Origin: Octopus sinensis
Taxonomy: Eukaryota
Assembly (NCBI RefSeq): GCF_006345805.1
Contig: NC_043008.1
Span: 67,146,001-67,210,000 of the forward strand
DNA length: 64,000 bases
Direction: 5' to 3'
Shown here: piece by piece, positions 62,841 to 64,000 of the stretch
How the letters are laid out: each line of letters starts with the position of its first letter
Numbering within the stretch: position 1 is the stretch's first letter
Translations under genes and position numbers: made by a program
The notes under the pieces: generated by a model
The model's input: only the letters and a program-made list of their open reading frames with translations
The model's database searches: none
What the model was told of the DNA's origin: nothing

Positions 62841-64000
62841 ATGTATGTATATGTTTCTGTGTTTGTCCCCCCACCAACATCGCTTGACAACCGATACTGG
62901 TGTGTTTATGTCCCCGTCACTAAGCGGTTCGGCAAAAGAGACCAATAGAATAAGTACTAGGCTTACAAAAAATAAGTCCTGGGGTCGATTTGCTCAATTA
63001 AAGGCGGTGCTCCAGCATGGCCGCAGTCAAATGACTGAAACAAGTAAAAGAGAGTAAAAGAAAGCCAAACTGAAAAGATCTAAAATCTGCCCTTCATTTG
63101 GTTCATGAAAATCCATATTTGAGATCTGATTTAAAAGCATTTGGGTGGCTACTTCTAGCAGGAAAAGCATGGCTGATTCACGCCATCTTGGTTGACGTTT
63201 GTTCGATGACGTCAGAAATCAAGGGAAAGATAAATGGCATTCGCTTCGTTAATATTACGTCAAGATAAGAACTTTGGGACAAAATAGCCAGTAGTTGGAA
63301 TTCAACCTGGGACTGGAACAATAGAATGGTAGCATTACAGAATTAATTCTCATCCGTCCTTAACATTTAATCAAACACCACCGGAGCATATAGTCATGAT
63401 AGACATATTATAGTCATGCTATTTAGCTCTCTTTAGTTTTTGGGCCACAGGACCAATTAGCCCTCCGCAGGAGCTTGCTTAAAAGTCCGCATGGAGTGCA
63501 GCTTTTAATCTAGGAAAGTCTTTTAAAGACGTAGTGTGTTAAAAAAAAACAGTGTACGAAATACCGCAACCAAAACCGTTTAACAACACACACACATTAG
63601 GTATATGACATCAATAATACTTGTATGTATTCTTTTTATTCTTTTACTTGTTTCAGTCATTTGACTGCGGCCATGCTGGAGCACCACCTTTAGAAGAGTA
63701 AATCGACCCCAGGACTTATTCTTTGTAAGCCTAGTACTTATTCTATAGGTTTTCTTTTACCAAACCGCTAAGTTACGGGGACGTAAACACACCATATTCT
63801 ATTGTCAAGCGATGTTGGGGGGACAAACACAGACACACAAACATATACACACACTTACATATATATATAAATACATATATACGACGGGCTTCTTTCAGTT
63901 TCCGTCTACCAAATCCACTCACAAGGCTCGGCCCGAAGCTATAGTAGAAGACACTTGCCAAGGTGCCACGCAGTGGGACTGAATACAGAACCATGTGGTC
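62025..64000. mobile_element. Three SINE B copies in alternating orientation (62025-62449 minus, 62773-63060 plus, 63632-64000 minus)
   Basis: Family B motifs as above. Confidence 0.88.

Overview
AT-rich, extremely repeat-dense eukaryotic DNA, most likely from an octopus or other coleoid cephalopod. This is inferred from the recurring SINE families and the (TA)n/(CA)n/(CATA)n/(GATA)n microsatellite load, not from a search. Nearly all ORFs in the supplied track are microsatellite artefacts or decayed transposon frames. Recognisable DNA elements: two convergent mariner copies, a Tigger/pogo element, a Tc1 element with long IR/DR ends, hAT, Merlin-like and mariner MITEs, and a non-autonomous Helitron. 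Recognisable retroelements: a CsRn1-type Ty3/gypsy element with a tRNA-Trp PBS, two different Penelope-like (PLE) families, a CR1-type LINE fragment, two R4/Dong-type REL-endonuclease LINEs, and more than 30 SINE copies. One probable host coding exon (signal-peptide-like, phase-1 donor, minus strand 19882-19999) suggests much of the window is intronic or 5'-flanking. The most notable unexplained signal is about nine type I hammerhead-ribozyme (HHR) folds in small, mostly microsatellite-embedded elements; several carry a built-in antisense arm, and one lies in a 360-bp tandem unit resembling a retrozyme. A second theme is microsatellite-specific insertion, into (TAA)n and (CATA)n. All family names are from recall of diagnostic motifs and all folds were read by eye; nothing was computed or searched.
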